Shown here one piece after another: positions 37,495 through 47,616 of a DNA stretch of 64,000 nt (positions are counted from its first letter, which is position 1; each line of letters opens with the position of its first letter). The notes beneath the pieces were generated by a model. That model saw only the letters and a program-made list of their open reading frames with translations, was not told the origin of the DNA and did not search any database. The stretch is taken from IMG/VR virus record IMGVR_UViG_3300043219_000566, positions 1 to 64,000 of that record; one strand, given 5' to 3'. The position numbers and the translations under genes were made by a program.

Positions 37495-38766
37495 CTACGA
37501 TTCGCTCGGCGATTTCTTGTCAGGTTCTGGGGGTACGATAACAGCCGGGTCGAACGTCTGCCAGCGCGCGATATGGAAGTAGTCCTGCAGCGCCTTGTAG
37601 AGCGTCGTCTCTTGCCGCACCGCCAATCCCAGATCCTGCCCAGTCACGTCTTTCAGCCCAAGCTGCTTGCAATTGAAACGCGGATCTGGCTTGGTGCCAC
37701 CCTGCACCACATGGCACAGATCCTTGATGTCGGCGTGATCCCAGCCTGCTAAGAACTCGGCCGTAGCCAAGTCCCATTCCCAGCGCGGGACCTGGAGCGG
37801 CGGCGCTCCGCCGCCGGGATCGACCCACTGCCACGAGAACCGCACGGCGCAACGCAAGCGATCGACCCCGAAAGCGTTCTTGTTCAAGACCATGCGGACC
37901 AGGTTGTAACCGCGGCTGTTGTTGTCGCTCTTGTAGCGATCGACCACCGCGAAACGAAAATCGTATCCGCCCATGAAATCGGGAGCCTTGCCGCCCGGCG
38001 TCTGCTTCTCGGCTCTCCCGGCCATAAACGACGACTGCATCCCACCCGGCTTCTCGTGGCGCACCATGACGATGTACCAGGGCGTATACGTGAACGTCTG
38101 AATCTGCAACCAGTCGCTGATCGACTTGGCTGTACGCATACCCTGAGTATTAGAGGCCTGTCCGTCCTTCATGGCAGACCTGATATTGGTCTCCGTGGTA
38201 CGGCCAGTGAGCGAGTCGACAATCATCGCAGCGGGCAGCAGCGGCATACGCTGCTCTTTCTTCTTGAGGCGGCGTCCGATAGCAAAAGTATCCCGGTACT
38301 TGCGGAGATCGCGCCCGAAGAGTTCGGACCATTGATCCAAGGTCTCGCATACCCGCACCTGCCACGAGTTCGTTCCCAGCACCGTGTGCGCCAAGTCTCC
38401 GATCAGATTCTCGGCCAGGCCGGGAGAGTACTTACCCTCGGTATCGTACAGCCGGGCAAATCCGCCACCGGGCTGCATGATGCACCAGCGCGCCAGCTCG
38501 AAAGCGAAGCTCGACTTGTGGCTAGCCGGGCGGCCAGCCAACATGATCAAATGCTCCATGAACAATACGTTGTTCTGCGTCACGTATTGCAACGCCAACG
38601 ACGGTAGCTCGACGCCGTACTTGCGCGCCTTGGTCTCGTCGCCCACCAGCACGTTGTGCCGCCCCATGATCTTGGTTGCCTCTCTCATTTCAGCGTCGAA
38701 AAACGAGGCGTATTGTTCATCCTCCGGGGGGACGTCAGCCGGGAGGTCAGTAGTCTTTTTGGCCAT
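37495..38766 (-). CDS. RecA/UvsX-like recombinase
   Basis: Walker A variant AGRPASHKSS; YDTEG; Walker B MIVDSLT; PGGKA..F. Confidence 0.8.
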   Translation of the reverse strand: MAKKTTDLPADVPPEDEQYASFFDAEMREATKIMGRHNVLVGDETKARKYGVELPSLALQYVTQNNVLFMEHLIMLAGRPASHKSSFAFELARWCIMQPGGGFARLYDTEGKYSPGLAENLIGDLAHTVLGTNSWQVRVCETLDQWSELFGRDLRKYRDTFAIGRRLKKKEQRMPLLPAAMIVDSLTGRTTETNIRSAMKDGQASNTQGMRTAKSISDWLQIQTFTYTPWYIVMVRHEKPGGMQSSFMAGRAEKQTPGGKAPDFMGGYDFRFAVVDRYKSDNNSRGYNLVRMVLNKNAFGVDRLRCAVRFSWQWVDPGGGAPPLQVPRWEWDLATAEFLAGWDHADIKDLCHVVQGGTKPDPRFNCKQLGLKDVTGQDLGLAVRQETTLYKALQDYFHIARWQTFDPAVIVPPEPDKKSPSES

Positions 38767-38780
38767 CGGTCGTCCTCATC

Positions 38781-38815
38781 AAAAAGCAGGGGGCCGGATA
38801 TCCCGACCCCCCGCT
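38781..38815 (-). terminator. intrinsic terminator
   Basis: GC stem (GGGGGTCGG-GATAT-CCGGCCCCC) followed by TGCTTTTT on the minus strand. Confidence 0.6.
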
Positions 38816-38836
38816 GATCTAGTTGGAGGCTTACCC

Positions 38837-40279
38837 CTAACTGCCCGGAGTAGGCGGCGCGGAGTTAGCTTCGCCTGGAGTAGCCTCCTTCCGCGCGTGG
38901 TCCAGCGCGTCCATCATACCTTGCATATTGTCCGTATCGGTACCAACCGGTTGTGACCCCGCCGGAGCCGCTGGCTCAGCGGAAGAAGCCGGATCGCTGG
39001 GCGGCACAGCTGCAGAAACAGGAACCGCGGATGCAGGAGCGCCCGGCAAAGGAGGCGCAGCCCCCTGAGCCCACGGCAGAGTCGCGGCTGTGCTTGCCGC
39101 CGGAGCAGCAGCAGCAGGAGCGCCGGGCGGCGGCGGTGTAGCCGCAGTTGGCGTAGCCGGGTCGGGCGGAGTAGGTGGAACCGCCGACGCAGGAGCAGCC
39201 GCAGCCGGAGCCGGAACACTGCCCACCGCTGCTTCGGTCAGCTTGCGTAACTTGTTCTGCAGCCGCGGGCTTAGCAGCTCGGTCTCGTCCCGAAAGGCCT
39301 CGATAAGCAGATCGTCGGGAAAGCCGACTTCGAGAGCTGCGACCAGATCGTGTTCGTCTTTCCATATCTGCAGGATCTCGTCCCACGGAGTCATGCAGTA
39401 CTGCTTGAGATACTGGTCAGGAACCGGGCAGGGATGCTTCTCCAGCAACGTAGCTTCGACTCGGTACTTGTCGCGGTCGTCGCTCGCGCCCTGAGCCGTG
39501 CCGCCGAAAGACACTGGACCTGCCGCCTGTGCAGTTTGAGCAGCCCGCGGATCGGACTGGCCCGGACGTCCGAAGTTGATCAAGCACCCAGTCTGCGGGT
39601 GAACGAGCTTGCCGTGGTAGCGAAACACCTGCGACCAATCGTCGCCGTTGTAGTTCTTCGCAGTCTCCAGCTCAGCCATGGTTAACTCGACCAGAGCCGT
39701 TTGCGCTGCCGGAGGAGCGAAGAAGATGCAGTTCAACTTGGGGTTCTGGTGGCTGACTCGGCGCAGCGGACCACTGGAGGTCATGTACCACGTCAGCATA
39801 CCCCTGAAGAAAACGAACGTCTTGGCTTTCGACTTCTGCGTAGTACCAAACACGACGTCCCGCTGGTCTGCGGCCCACGGAGCCCAATGACTCGGCGCAG
39901 TCCCGCTGTTGAGCCGGTGATACAGCGTGTTCCGCACCTGGTCCCAGATGCGCAAGCCACGCCGTTGCGACGGGTCAGCGAGCTTGTCGTCACCTTCGAT
40001 GGTAAGGAGCAGCGTTACCTTCTCTTTCCCGGGATCTCCACCGCCGAGGTACTGAATACCATAGTGATTGCCGTTCACCCAGTTCCCTACGTCCGGGATG
40101 TCACGGCCGGTCCGGGCGGGCAACGCTTGTCCGTTGGCGTCCAGCTCGGGGTAGATCCGCAACTGGATACCGGACTGCGTCACCCGAAACAGATCAAAGG
40201 TACTGCGCGCCCCGGTCTGAGCGTTTAGCACCATGATCCCACGTGGGGATTGACTCCCCGAGGGGTCTGAAAAACCCAT
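38837..40279 (-). CDS. putative single-stranded DNA-binding protein with Pro/Ala-rich C-terminal tail
   Basis: Lies between the polymerase and RecA genes and ends in a long low-complexity tail; function inferred from context only. Confidence 0.4.
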   Translation of the reverse strand: MGFSDPSGSQSPRGIMVLNAQTGARSTFDLFRVTQSGIQLRIYPELDANGQALPARTGRDIPDVGNWVNGNHYGIQYLGGGDPGKEKVTLLLTIEGDDKLADPSQRRGLRIWDQVRNTLYHRLNSGTAPSHWAPWAADQRDVVFGTTQKSKAKTFVFFRGMLTWYMTSSGPLRRVSHQNPKLNCIFFAPPAAQTALVELTMAELETAKNYNGDDWSQVFRYHGKLVHPQTGCLINFGRPGQSDPRAAQTAQAAGPVSFGGTAQGASDDRDKYRVEATLLEKHPCPVPDQYLKQYCMTPWDEILQIWKDEHDLVAALEVGFPDDLLIEAFRDETELLSPRLQNKLRKLTEAAVGSVPAPAAAAPASAVPPTPPDPATPTAATPPPPGAPAAAAPAASTAATLPWAQGAAPPLPGAPASAVPVSAAVPPSDPASSAEPAAPAGSQPVGTDTDNMQGMMDALDHARKEATPGEANSAPPTPGS

Positions 40280-40302
40280 CTTTTCTGTCCTTTCTACTTA
40301 TT

Positions 40303-40569
40303 TCACGATCCGCCCGTACGCCAGGCTTCGTAAGCGAGCATCATACGCTCTAATTTATCAACGTACTCGAAGATCATTTCCTGGTTCTCAGTCAACACAA
40401 CACGGGTTTCTGGGTCGACAGCCCTCCATCTCTCGGGCTGGATACGAGTCAGTTCCGGACGTTCTGGCAGCGTCAACGCAGGTGCCCGAGCATTCACTCC
40501 GTTGCACCCTGCCAGAAACATCAAACTAACGACGCTTGCGATTCCAGTGTTCAACGCCCATCGGGTCAT
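40303..40569 (-). CDS. lipoprotein, o-spanin (Rz1)-like
   Basis: Signal peptide with lipobox FLAG-C followed by the Pro-rich APALTLPERPEL; overlaps the upstream gene in another frame. Confidence 0.55.
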   Translation of the reverse strand: MTRWALNTGIASVVSLMFLAGCNGVNARAPALTLPERPELTRIQPERWRAVDPETRVVLTENQEMIFEYVDKLERMMLAYEAWRTGGS

Positions 40570-40768
40570 CGGTGTCTTCCGAACTATCCAGATTCGGACG
40601 CTCAGCCTCGTTGGCTGCGTCTCTGATCTTCTGCTCCGCGTCGCGGGCAGCCTGTTCCTCGCGCCTGCGGCGATCTGCCGTAGCCGCTTGTTGATCTTTC
40701 TTCTGAGAGCGCCAGATGCCAAGTGCTTCCAGCACTGCTCGAAGTATGAAACTAAGCCACTTCATCAC
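40526..40768 (-). CDS. i-spanin (Rz)-like protein
   Basis: N-terminal hydrophobic helix followed by the charged coiled coil RRRREEQAARDAEQKIRDAANEAE. Confidence 0.45.
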   Translation of the reverse strand: MMKWLSFILRAVLEALGIWRSQKKDQQAATADRRRREEQAARDAEQKIRDAANEAERPNLDSSEDTDDPMGVEHWNRKRR

Positions 40769-43700
40769 GCCGTCCTCGGCAAGTACGGTTCCGGCACGCC
40801 CATCTTCTCTAACTTGGCACGCAGCTCGGCTGCGGCCTCGGGCTCCTTCTTCGGATCAGGCTTCTCGTCCCAGCGCAGGAACAGCTCCTTGTCGACGTCG
40901 ATGGCGTAGCCACCGTTAGCAAACTTGCTGTCGTCAACGAGATCGTAGAGCCCGTTACACACGCCCTTCGGCGGCAGTGGGATACGAGCCAGATTGCTCA
41001 TGCACCAATCGATGAGGCAGTTCGTCCGCATCATCAAATCGATAGAGCCCACGGCTACCTCGAAGATCAAAGCGTCATGCACACCCAGAGCAATACGGAA
41101 GTCGAGCGAGTAATTGCGCTGCACGCGATACTGCTCGCGCGCATCACGGCAATTATACACCGCCTTGTTCAAACATTCCGCTACCGTGCTCTGAATCGGA
41201 AAATTGCAAGCCTCTCGCTCCTGCTGTGACATCACGGACGAGTCGTCTACCGTGTGGAACCGCCGATAACGCCAGCACGGGTTGATCAAATAGCCCGGAG
41301 AATGAACTGCCTGGCGACACAGATCCAAGAACCGCGACACCTCGACAAACTCGCTGTGGAAACTGTTGATCATCGCCTGGCAATCGTCGGTCGTAACCTC
41401 GACGCCCTCCTGCTTTAGCTCGCGGGCAATCGCCCCGGCCGAACGGCCGTAAGGGATGCCGAAATTGACGGTTTTGGCCGCCACGCGCTTGTCCTTACCG
41501 ATGCTCTCGACGTAGCCCTTGGGCGGGCCGTGCATAACGGCGCAGTACGGCAGCTTGAAACCGCTGATCGCGCGCTCGGCGTGCAGGTCTCGCTTCCAGG
41601 GAATCATCTTCACGGTGGTGTCCACCGCAGTAGAGAACACGTGCCATTGCCCAGCACGATCCTTGTACTCCCCGTAACGCGTACCGGACGGGATCTCGTC
41701 GCCCTCCCTGACGGCGATATCACGCACCCAATCCGGGTGCAGCCAGCGGTACGGCTCGCCTAGCGCGTCAACCAGCACCGGGTAAGGCGGACGCTCTGTC
41801 AGCACGTTCCAGAATTGCAGGTCCCCGGACAGCAGAGCCAACACGATCAGCTCAGCTTGGCAGTAGTCGGCTTCGACCAGCACATAGCCGGGCTGCGCCA
41901 TAAAAATAGAACGGATCTTGGGCGGAGCCTGCTCCCACTTGGCGAACATAGCGTGCAGCTCAGGCTCGCGGCGTTTGGGCAAGTTCTGAAGATTGGGCTT
42001 TCGGGAAGCCCAGCGACCGGTCTCCAGTATCTGCAGAATATGAGTGCGCACCCGCCCGTCAGGGTCGACGTGCTGCATCAATCCGCCCTCGGTAATCTCG
42101 TGTGTATCCGGGTCGATTACCGGCAAGCTAGTGAAGTTCTTGCAGACCTGATCCACGAAACGCAGTTTACGCAGCTGGTTGGCCACCGGGTCCTCGGGAG
42201 ACAAAATCCCCAAGGTTTCCTTGTCGGTGCTGGGCGCACACTCCAGCTGACGTCTATCGCGCAGCACCCGATCCCAGTCGATCGGTGGCTTATCGGTGCT
42301 TTTGATCGGAGTCAACCCGCAGCAGTAGGCCCCCGCGGGCCGAAGGCGGATCGGCACGAGCGGCGTATCCCGCTTCTTGCCATTGAACGCCTCGCCGAAC
42401 AGTAGCTCGCGCACGTGCTGGATCGAGCGAAAATTGAAAGCTGGCCATTCGATCTGCTTGCGCAAGTAATCGAGCAACTCCGTTTTCTTGCGATCGTAAG
42501 TAATCGCCAGCTCGGTGATCCGATCCCGGTCTGCCAGCAGACCGGTTTCCTCGATCTCCAAAATGCCCACGCACGAACGCATCTCTTCGGACAGTAGCTC
42601 AGCCAGCTTCGCGCGATCCTCGTGGCACATATTGTCCTGCTCAGCGTACCGCTCATCGAGCCGCTCGTCGCAGCGCCAGGTCACGTCGGCATCGAACAGG
42701 GCGTAGAGATACAACACGTGCTCCGGGATCAATCCGAAGCCCTTGGCAGCTGGCACCGCGAGTTCGTCGAGCCATCCCTGCAGCTCGGTTTCGTACCGAT
42801 CCACGTCGGTGTACTTGAGCATCAGCGAGGACAGATCCTGCTTGGCACTCTCGTACAACAGGTGGTGCTTCAGCATGGTGTCGAAGCCGTCGGCGTACTT
42901 GTCGATAAAGTCGATGCCCAGCGATTTCACCCACGGATAATCAGCCCGCAAATTGTGTCCGCCGATCCGCGTGCCAGGATGCAGCAGTAGCCGCGCCAGC
43001 TCTTTGCTGACTTCCGCCATCTCCGCGTCGGTGAAATTGGGCACCAGAGCGTTGAGCACCTCGACGCCCATCTCCGGGACTTTGTTGCCAGCCGCATCAG
43101 TCCACACGTAACCCAAGGCAGGCTGTCCGTCGTCGTCTACGTACTCCATGTCGTACGCCAGCGCCTGCGAAACAGTGGGCTTGGGGAAGCTAATGAGATT
43201 GGGATGCCCGTTCACGGAAGCGTAATGCCGCGGAAAAGGTACCCGCGCGTGGCGGTGGAAAGGAATCAACACCGCGTGCCCGGATTTGTACGACAACTGC
43301 AACGTCAACAGCTTGCCGTCGGCCCACGGGCTACGACCAGACCACTCGCAGTCCAACGCGAGCTTGTTCTCGCTCTCCTGCAACCGCTGGTCTACGTACT
43401 CACGTACCTGATGAACCGAGCGCAGTACACAAGCATTGTTGACCTGCCCGTCCACGTCCTGATACTCCCGCGGAATCTGTTTGCGTATCGTGCCGCAGGC
43501 AAAACTCGACGCTCGCGCCAGATCGTTGGACAGCCCGTCCCGCATATTCGGCTCACGAGCTACCGCAGCCGGGTGCATGGTCGGAAAGGTGTTGATGACG
43601 ATCTCTTCGGGCACCTGCCCGGCGATATCGCACTCTTCGGGCTCCTGCCCACTGCTGTCGCATTGACGCGGCAAATGCGTCGTCCAGAGTCTTACCGACC

Positions 43701-44349
43701 CGCGGCTCTTGGTCACCGATGAGCCCCTGCCGTGAAAATGCTTGATAGCCTCGGTGCCCAGCAGAATCACTAGCTTCGGCCGGATGATAACCAGTTCTGC
43801 CCACAGCAACCAGGCACATTCCTTGACCCAGGCCTGCTTGAACTTACCACCCGGCGGAGGCTGGAAACGGCAAATGTTGGTAAAGTAGGCATCGTCGAGA
43901 AAGTCAGCGATACCCTGCTCGATCAAGCAACGCTGCAGCTCGCGTCCGCTCTCGCCGACGAACAGATAATCTGTGTCGTACTCGGTGCGGCCAGGATGTT
44001 TGCCGACGACCACGACCTTAGCGCAGCCGGGCCGCGGGCCACGAGGAAAGGCTTGCGCGGCCGTGCCCCGATTCGCATCGCGGGCAATCGGCTTGAACCC
44101 CGTGTGCCCAGGAATGAACTTCGCCGTATAAGGCAACCCGACGCCGATCGCGTCGGGGATCGGGCGGTTGTACACGTCACATAGCAAGTTCCAGAGAAAC
44201 GCCATGAAGTCGAAACGGTTCCGAAACGAATCTTCGAGAATGCTAGCCAACGCCGGACCCAGCGGAGGACCGTACGGGCGCTGCTCCTCGACGTTGCGCA
44301 ACGCCTCGACCCACGGCGGCAACCTCGGGTCGATAATCACTTGGCACAC
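40765..44349 (-). CDS. polA: family A DNA polymerase with N-terminal uracil-DNA-glycosylase-like domain and 3'-5' exonuclease
   Basis: UDG-like VGKHPG...FVGESG...YFTNIC...MHPAAV; Exo I LDCEW, Exo II HNLRAD, Exo III YALFDA; Pol motif A EADYCQAE, motif B RVAAKTVNFGIPYG, motif C VHDAL. Confidence 0.93.
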   Translation of the reverse strand: MCQVIIDPRLPPWVEALRNVEEQRPYGPPLGPALASILEDSFRNRFDFMAFLWNLLCDVYNRPIPDAIGVGLPYTAKFIPGHTGFKPIARDANRGTAAQAFPRGPRPGCAKVVVVGKHPGRTEYDTDYLFVGESGRELQRCLIEQGIADFLDDAYFTNICRFQPPPGGKFKQAWVKECAWLLWAELVIIRPKLVILLGTEAIKHFHGRGSSVTKSRGSVRLWTTHLPRQCDSSGQEPEECDIAGQVPEEIVINTFPTMHPAAVAREPNMRDGLSNDLARASSFACGTIRKQIPREYQDVDGQVNNACVLRSVHQVREYVDQRLQESENKLALDCEWSGRSPWADGKLLTLQLSYKSGHAVLIPFHRHARVPFPRHYASVNGHPNLISFPKPTVSQALAYDMEYVDDDGQPALGYVWTDAAGNKVPEMGVEVLNALVPNFTDAEMAEVSKELARLLLHPGTRIGGHNLRADYPWVKSLGIDFIDKYADGFDTMLKHHLLYESAKQDLSSLMLKYTDVDRYETELQGWLDELAVPAAKGFGLIPEHVLYLYALFDADVTWRCDERLDERYAEQDNMCHEDRAKLAELLSEEMRSCVGILEIEETGLLADRDRITELAITYDRKKTELLDYLRKQIEWPAFNFRSIQHVRELLFGEAFNGKKRDTPLVPIRLRPAGAYCCGLTPIKSTDKPPIDWDRVLRDRRQLECAPSTDKETLGILSPEDPVANQLRKLRFVDQVCKNFTSLPVIDPDTHEITEGGLMQHVDPDGRVRTHILQILETGRWASRKPNLQNLPKRREPELHAMFAKWEQAPPKIRSIFMAQPGYVLVEADYCQAELIVLALLSGDLQFWNVLTERPPYPVLVDALGEPYRWLHPDWVRDIAVREGDEIPSGTRYGEYKDRAGQWHVFSTAVDTTVKMIPWKRDLHAERAISGFKLPYCAVMHGPPKGYVESIGKDKRVAAKTVNFGIPYGRSAGAIARELKQEGVEVTTDDCQAMINSFHSEFVEVSRFLDLCRQAVHSPGYLINPCWRYRRFHTVDDSSVMSQQEREACNFPIQSTVAECLNKAVYNCRDAREQYRVQRNYSLDFRIALGVHDALIFEVAVGSIDLMMRTNCLIDWCMSNLARIPLPPKGVCNGLYDLVDDSKFANGGYAIDVDKELFLRWDEKPDPKKEPEAAAELRAKLEKMGVPEPYLPRTA

Positions 44350-45407
44350 TCCTGCTGCTGTTGCTGATTCTTGGACAACGCGTCCTGCTTAGCAATGAAG
44401 TCCCAGAGCCAAGCGCGAGTATGGCTGCCAGGATCACCGTCGGGCAACGGCACGTAGAACGCCCCGCGGTCCAGCCGCAAGCTGCCCAACGCGCCGCTAT
44501 TGAGCTGCTGCGTCACTAGCCAACCAACAGCCTTGGCATCGGCGTCCACCATGACAGCCACACGAGCATGTTTGCACTCGCGGAACAGCAGCCCCATCTG
44601 GTGCATCGACAAGCTCTTGCCCAGCATCGCTGTCGCTGCGTCGCCGACGCGCGCAACATCGGTAACGCCCTCGGTAAGCACGACGATATCGTGGCATTTC
44701 GCCCGATCCAGATTGTAGAGCACCTGGCTCTTAGCGAACCCCGGCAAGGTCCAGTACTTCGGTTCCTCGCAAACACTGAGCCCCGGAACCGCGCGGCTTT
44801 GATAGCCGACCAAGATGCGCTCGTCGTGCTTGACCTGCAGAATAGGAATGAAGATGCGCCGAGCCAGAAAACGTTCTGGGCTGTCGTGGTAATACATCCA
44901 GTAGTACCGCTCGCTCAGCTCAACGCAATCGTACCCACGCCGCTCCAGATACGCGCGCGCAGGATGTGTAGCTGGAAGATCCGCCAGAAGGCAATACTGC
45001 CCTTCAGGCAACTCCCGCGGCTTCAGCTCGGGGGGCTTATCGAGCACCTGCGGCGCGGCTAGTGCGCGGATCTGCCCGAAGTGCGGACGAATCATGTCGG
45101 CCAGATATAGATCCCCGGCATTGGCGTTGCAATGGTAGCACACTGCCGGATGCAAGATACGCGTCCTCGTGCGCGCGTCGAACGTACCAAACATGTACGA
45201 AATCCACAGCCGCGGCCGGTGGTCTTTGCAAAGCGGGCAACAAACACAGTAATACTCGCAATGATGAATTCGCATGCGAGTATGACCTTTCGAGCGGTAG
45301 TACGTGATCTCACCCCGCGCGCCGGGGCTGGAGATCACGACTTGCGTAAAACGAGCTTTCAGCGTACGGTACAAAACCGGATTGAGAACAGTAGGTTCCA
45401 TGCTCAC
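44337..45407 (-). CDS. DNA primase (Zn-binding plus TOPRIM)
   Basis: CCPLCKDH...CYHC; GYQSR, KYWTLPG, LYNLD, LTEGVTD, MVDAD. Confidence 0.85.
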   Translation of the reverse strand: MSMEPTVLNPVLYRTLKARFTQVVISSPGARGEITYYRSKGHTRMRIHHCEYYCVCCPLCKDHRPRLWISYMFGTFDARTRTRILHPAVCYHCNANAGDLYLADMIRPHFGQIRALAAPQVLDKPPELKPRELPEGQYCLLADLPATHPARAYLERRGYDCVELSERYYWMYYHDSPERFLARRIFIPILQVKHDERILVGYQSRAVPGLSVCEEPKYWTLPGFAKSQVLYNLDRAKCHDIVVLTEGVTDVARVGDAATAMLGKSLSMHQMGLLFRECKHARVAVMVDADAKAVGWLVTQQLNSGALGSLRLDRGAFYVPLPDGDPGSHTRAWLWDFIAKQDALSKNQQQQQECAK

Positions 45408-46885
45408 GTATCCCTCGTCTCCGCAGCTACGCTCGGGCGGGTCCCGCCGGAAGCAGTGTTAGTCCCGGCCGGGCGACCCAGCTGACCATGTTCTTCGTCG
45501 GTCACCTGCCGCCCAAGTTCCTGTTCGTCTGTTCGGACCAGTTCTCCTCGATCATTGAGTACGTAACCAGCAACTTCCACCCGACAGCGCCAACCGTCGA
45601 TACGCACCCAGATTGCTTTCTCCGGGTTAGAGCGCGAGGCCGATAAGTTCAGATACGCGATCGGCTTGTCCTCAGCGCATTTCACGCCCAAGCACAACAC
45701 GTCGTGCATGTACTGCGCGAACAGCTTGCACTCGGCCGCGTCCATGTGACTAGGCTTGCGCATCGCATTTCGATTCCCCGCCGCATCCATCTGGTGCGCC
45801 AGCACAATACAGATCCCTAAGCGACCTACCAGCATCTTCACTTTCTCGCACACCGCTTGAACCTGGTGGCGCATGTGGCGACTGGGATCGAGGCCCATCA
45901 TACCCATGTGGGCAGTTACCATCGGCAATACGTGATCAACGATAACCAGCTGGCCTAACGCTTTGTTACGTTGCAAAGTCTCCAGCGTAGTTTCCAACTC
46001 GCCCGCGCCACCGTAGCCTTGCCCCTCTTGAGCGCCCGACATATCCACCAACGTCAGCTGCCGCACCAGCGCAGCATGCGCTACTTTTAGATCCGGTAGA
46101 ATCTCCAGGTCGATCTCGCTGGCTTTCTTGCCTTCCAGCTTCTCACGGTGGTACTTGTTCATGAACGATATCAGCAACTTGGGCCACTGTTTTCGTGTGG
46201 ACTCTTCGTACGTGATGTAAGTCACACGGTGGCTGGGATCGCGCTTGATAAAGTCGCAAGTCAACGAATGACACAAGCTCGTTTTGCCACCCTTCATCGG
46301 CCCGAGCAGCCCAATTGCTTCGCCAAGGCGAATACCACCCATGGTTGCGTCGACCGGCCCGCAGCCAGTCTTGAGGCGCACCTCTTCAGTGAACGCATCG
46401 ATTCCCAGCCCTGCTAAATCCTCGACTTTCACCGCGCTGACGCGCGACGCAGTCAGTGCTCGGTGCATCTCCTCGACTAACTCGGTGGTAACGCCCATCT
46501 GCAACATGCTCTGCATGTGCGGCTCGGCCCGCCGAGTGAGCACGAATTCCCCTAGCAGGGGCGCGATTAGCTGGTGATTGAGCGCGGAAGCAGGATAAGC
46601 GAAAACGAGACTCAACGCCTGCGCGATAGAGTCATCTGTCAGCCCGTGGTAAGGAAACTGTTCCTGCAGCAACCGCATGACTGCTGGTGCAAAATGCTCT
46701 TTGGGAGTAAGCGCTCCGTGACGTCGGAAGTTATCCCGCGAAACAACCCAGAATGCCATGTCCAGAATCTCGGATTGCGAGTTGAACAAGGCTTCGTCAA
46801 CGCGGGACTCCGCGGCCCGGATCGTATCCGGATCTCGAACTAAGTGGATTATCAGCAACTGGCGTTGCTGCGGGGTCATTGCCAT
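45404..46885 (-). CDS. DnaB-like replicative helicase (SF4)
   Basis: GPMKGGKT Walker A, TYEE, VIVDHV Walker B, LAHQ, and a C-terminal SR arginine-finger region. Confidence 0.85.
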   Translation of the reverse strand: MAMTPQQRQLLIIHLVRDPDTIRAAESRVDEALFNSQSEILDMAFWVVSRDNFRRHGALTPKEHFAPAVMRLLQEQFPYHGLTDDSIAQALSLVFAYPASALNHQLIAPLLGEFVLTRRAEPHMQSMLQMGVTTELVEEMHRALTASRVSAVKVEDLAGLGIDAFTEEVRLKTGCGPVDATMGGIRLGEAIGLLGPMKGGKTSLCHSLTCDFIKRDPSHRVTYITYEESTRKQWPKLLISFMNKYHREKLEGKKASEIDLEILPDLKVAHAALVRQLTLVDMSGAQEGQGYGGAGELETTLETLQRNKALGQLVIVDHVLPMVTAHMGMMGLDPSRHMRHQVQAVCEKVKMLVGRLGICIVLAHQMDAAGNRNAMRKPSHMDAAECKLFAQYMHDVLCLGVKCAEDKPIAYLNLSASRSNPEKAIWVRIDGWRCRVEVAGYVLNDRGELVRTDEQELGRQVTDEEHGQLGRPAGTNTASGGTRPSVAAETRDT

Positions 46886-47423
46886 CGTCCAACACCTCTG
46901 CGAACGTCATCGGCAACATGCGTCCCAACAACGTTTTCATCTTGGGCCGCAACCGCAGCTCCGCGCGTGCAGCTTCGCGGAACTGAGACGCGATACCTGG
47001 TAACCCGGCCCGGACTGCAACGCAGAAACGAAAAGAGGGCGAGAAGCCGTTGTGTGAATTGGTCAAGATACCGACGAGATTTTCACCCACACGCAGGCAG
47101 CCCTGGAGCCGTGCTAAATAGGACTCCAAGAGCATCAACTCGTCCCGGGCTTCCGTTCCCATGAAAGCACGCGTTCTAGCGATCGCACGTTCGCCCACGA
47201 GCATGTTGGGATACGAGTTCTTCTGCTGCTCGATAAGGGCGCGTACGTGCAGATCCGGGTCGAATCCGTGTCTGAGGCAGATCGACGCAGCCTCTTGCCA
47301 AAAACCGTTCTGGCGGGTGCCTGGCGTGTACTTTCGCCAATGGCCACCCTTGACACGGACCCTCATAATGTAGCTCGCCCGGATAGCCGTTGCAACCAGG
47401 TCGAGATCAACTTCGTGGTCCAT
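46797..47423 (-). CDS. hypothetical protein upstream of the helicase
   Basis: 208-aa ORF overlapping the helicase start. Confidence 0.55.
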   Translation of the reverse strand: MDHEVDLDLVATAIRASYIMRVRVKGGHWRKYTPGTRQNGFWQEAASICLRHGFDPDLHVRALIEQQKNSYPNMLVGERAIARTRAFMGTEARDELMLLESYLARLQGCLRVGENLVGILTNSHNGFSPSFRFCVAVRAGLPGIASQFREAARAELRLRPKMKTLLGRMLPMTFAEVLDDGNDPAATPVADNPLSSRSGYDPGRGVPR

Positions 47424-47616
47424 TTGGTCACTCTGGGGTCATTGGTGCCATTCTACCACACTCCCTCAGCCACCGTAGCCTCCGGCAGCCGTCGGACTTC
47501 GCCGTGACTCCTTCGCCCCGGCCAACGGGATGATCAGTGGATTGCGTGCAAACCTTCCACCTCGGCGTCGGTGCACTCGCGATAGCAGTCCTGGCACCTG
47601 TGCATTTTCGGCTCCT

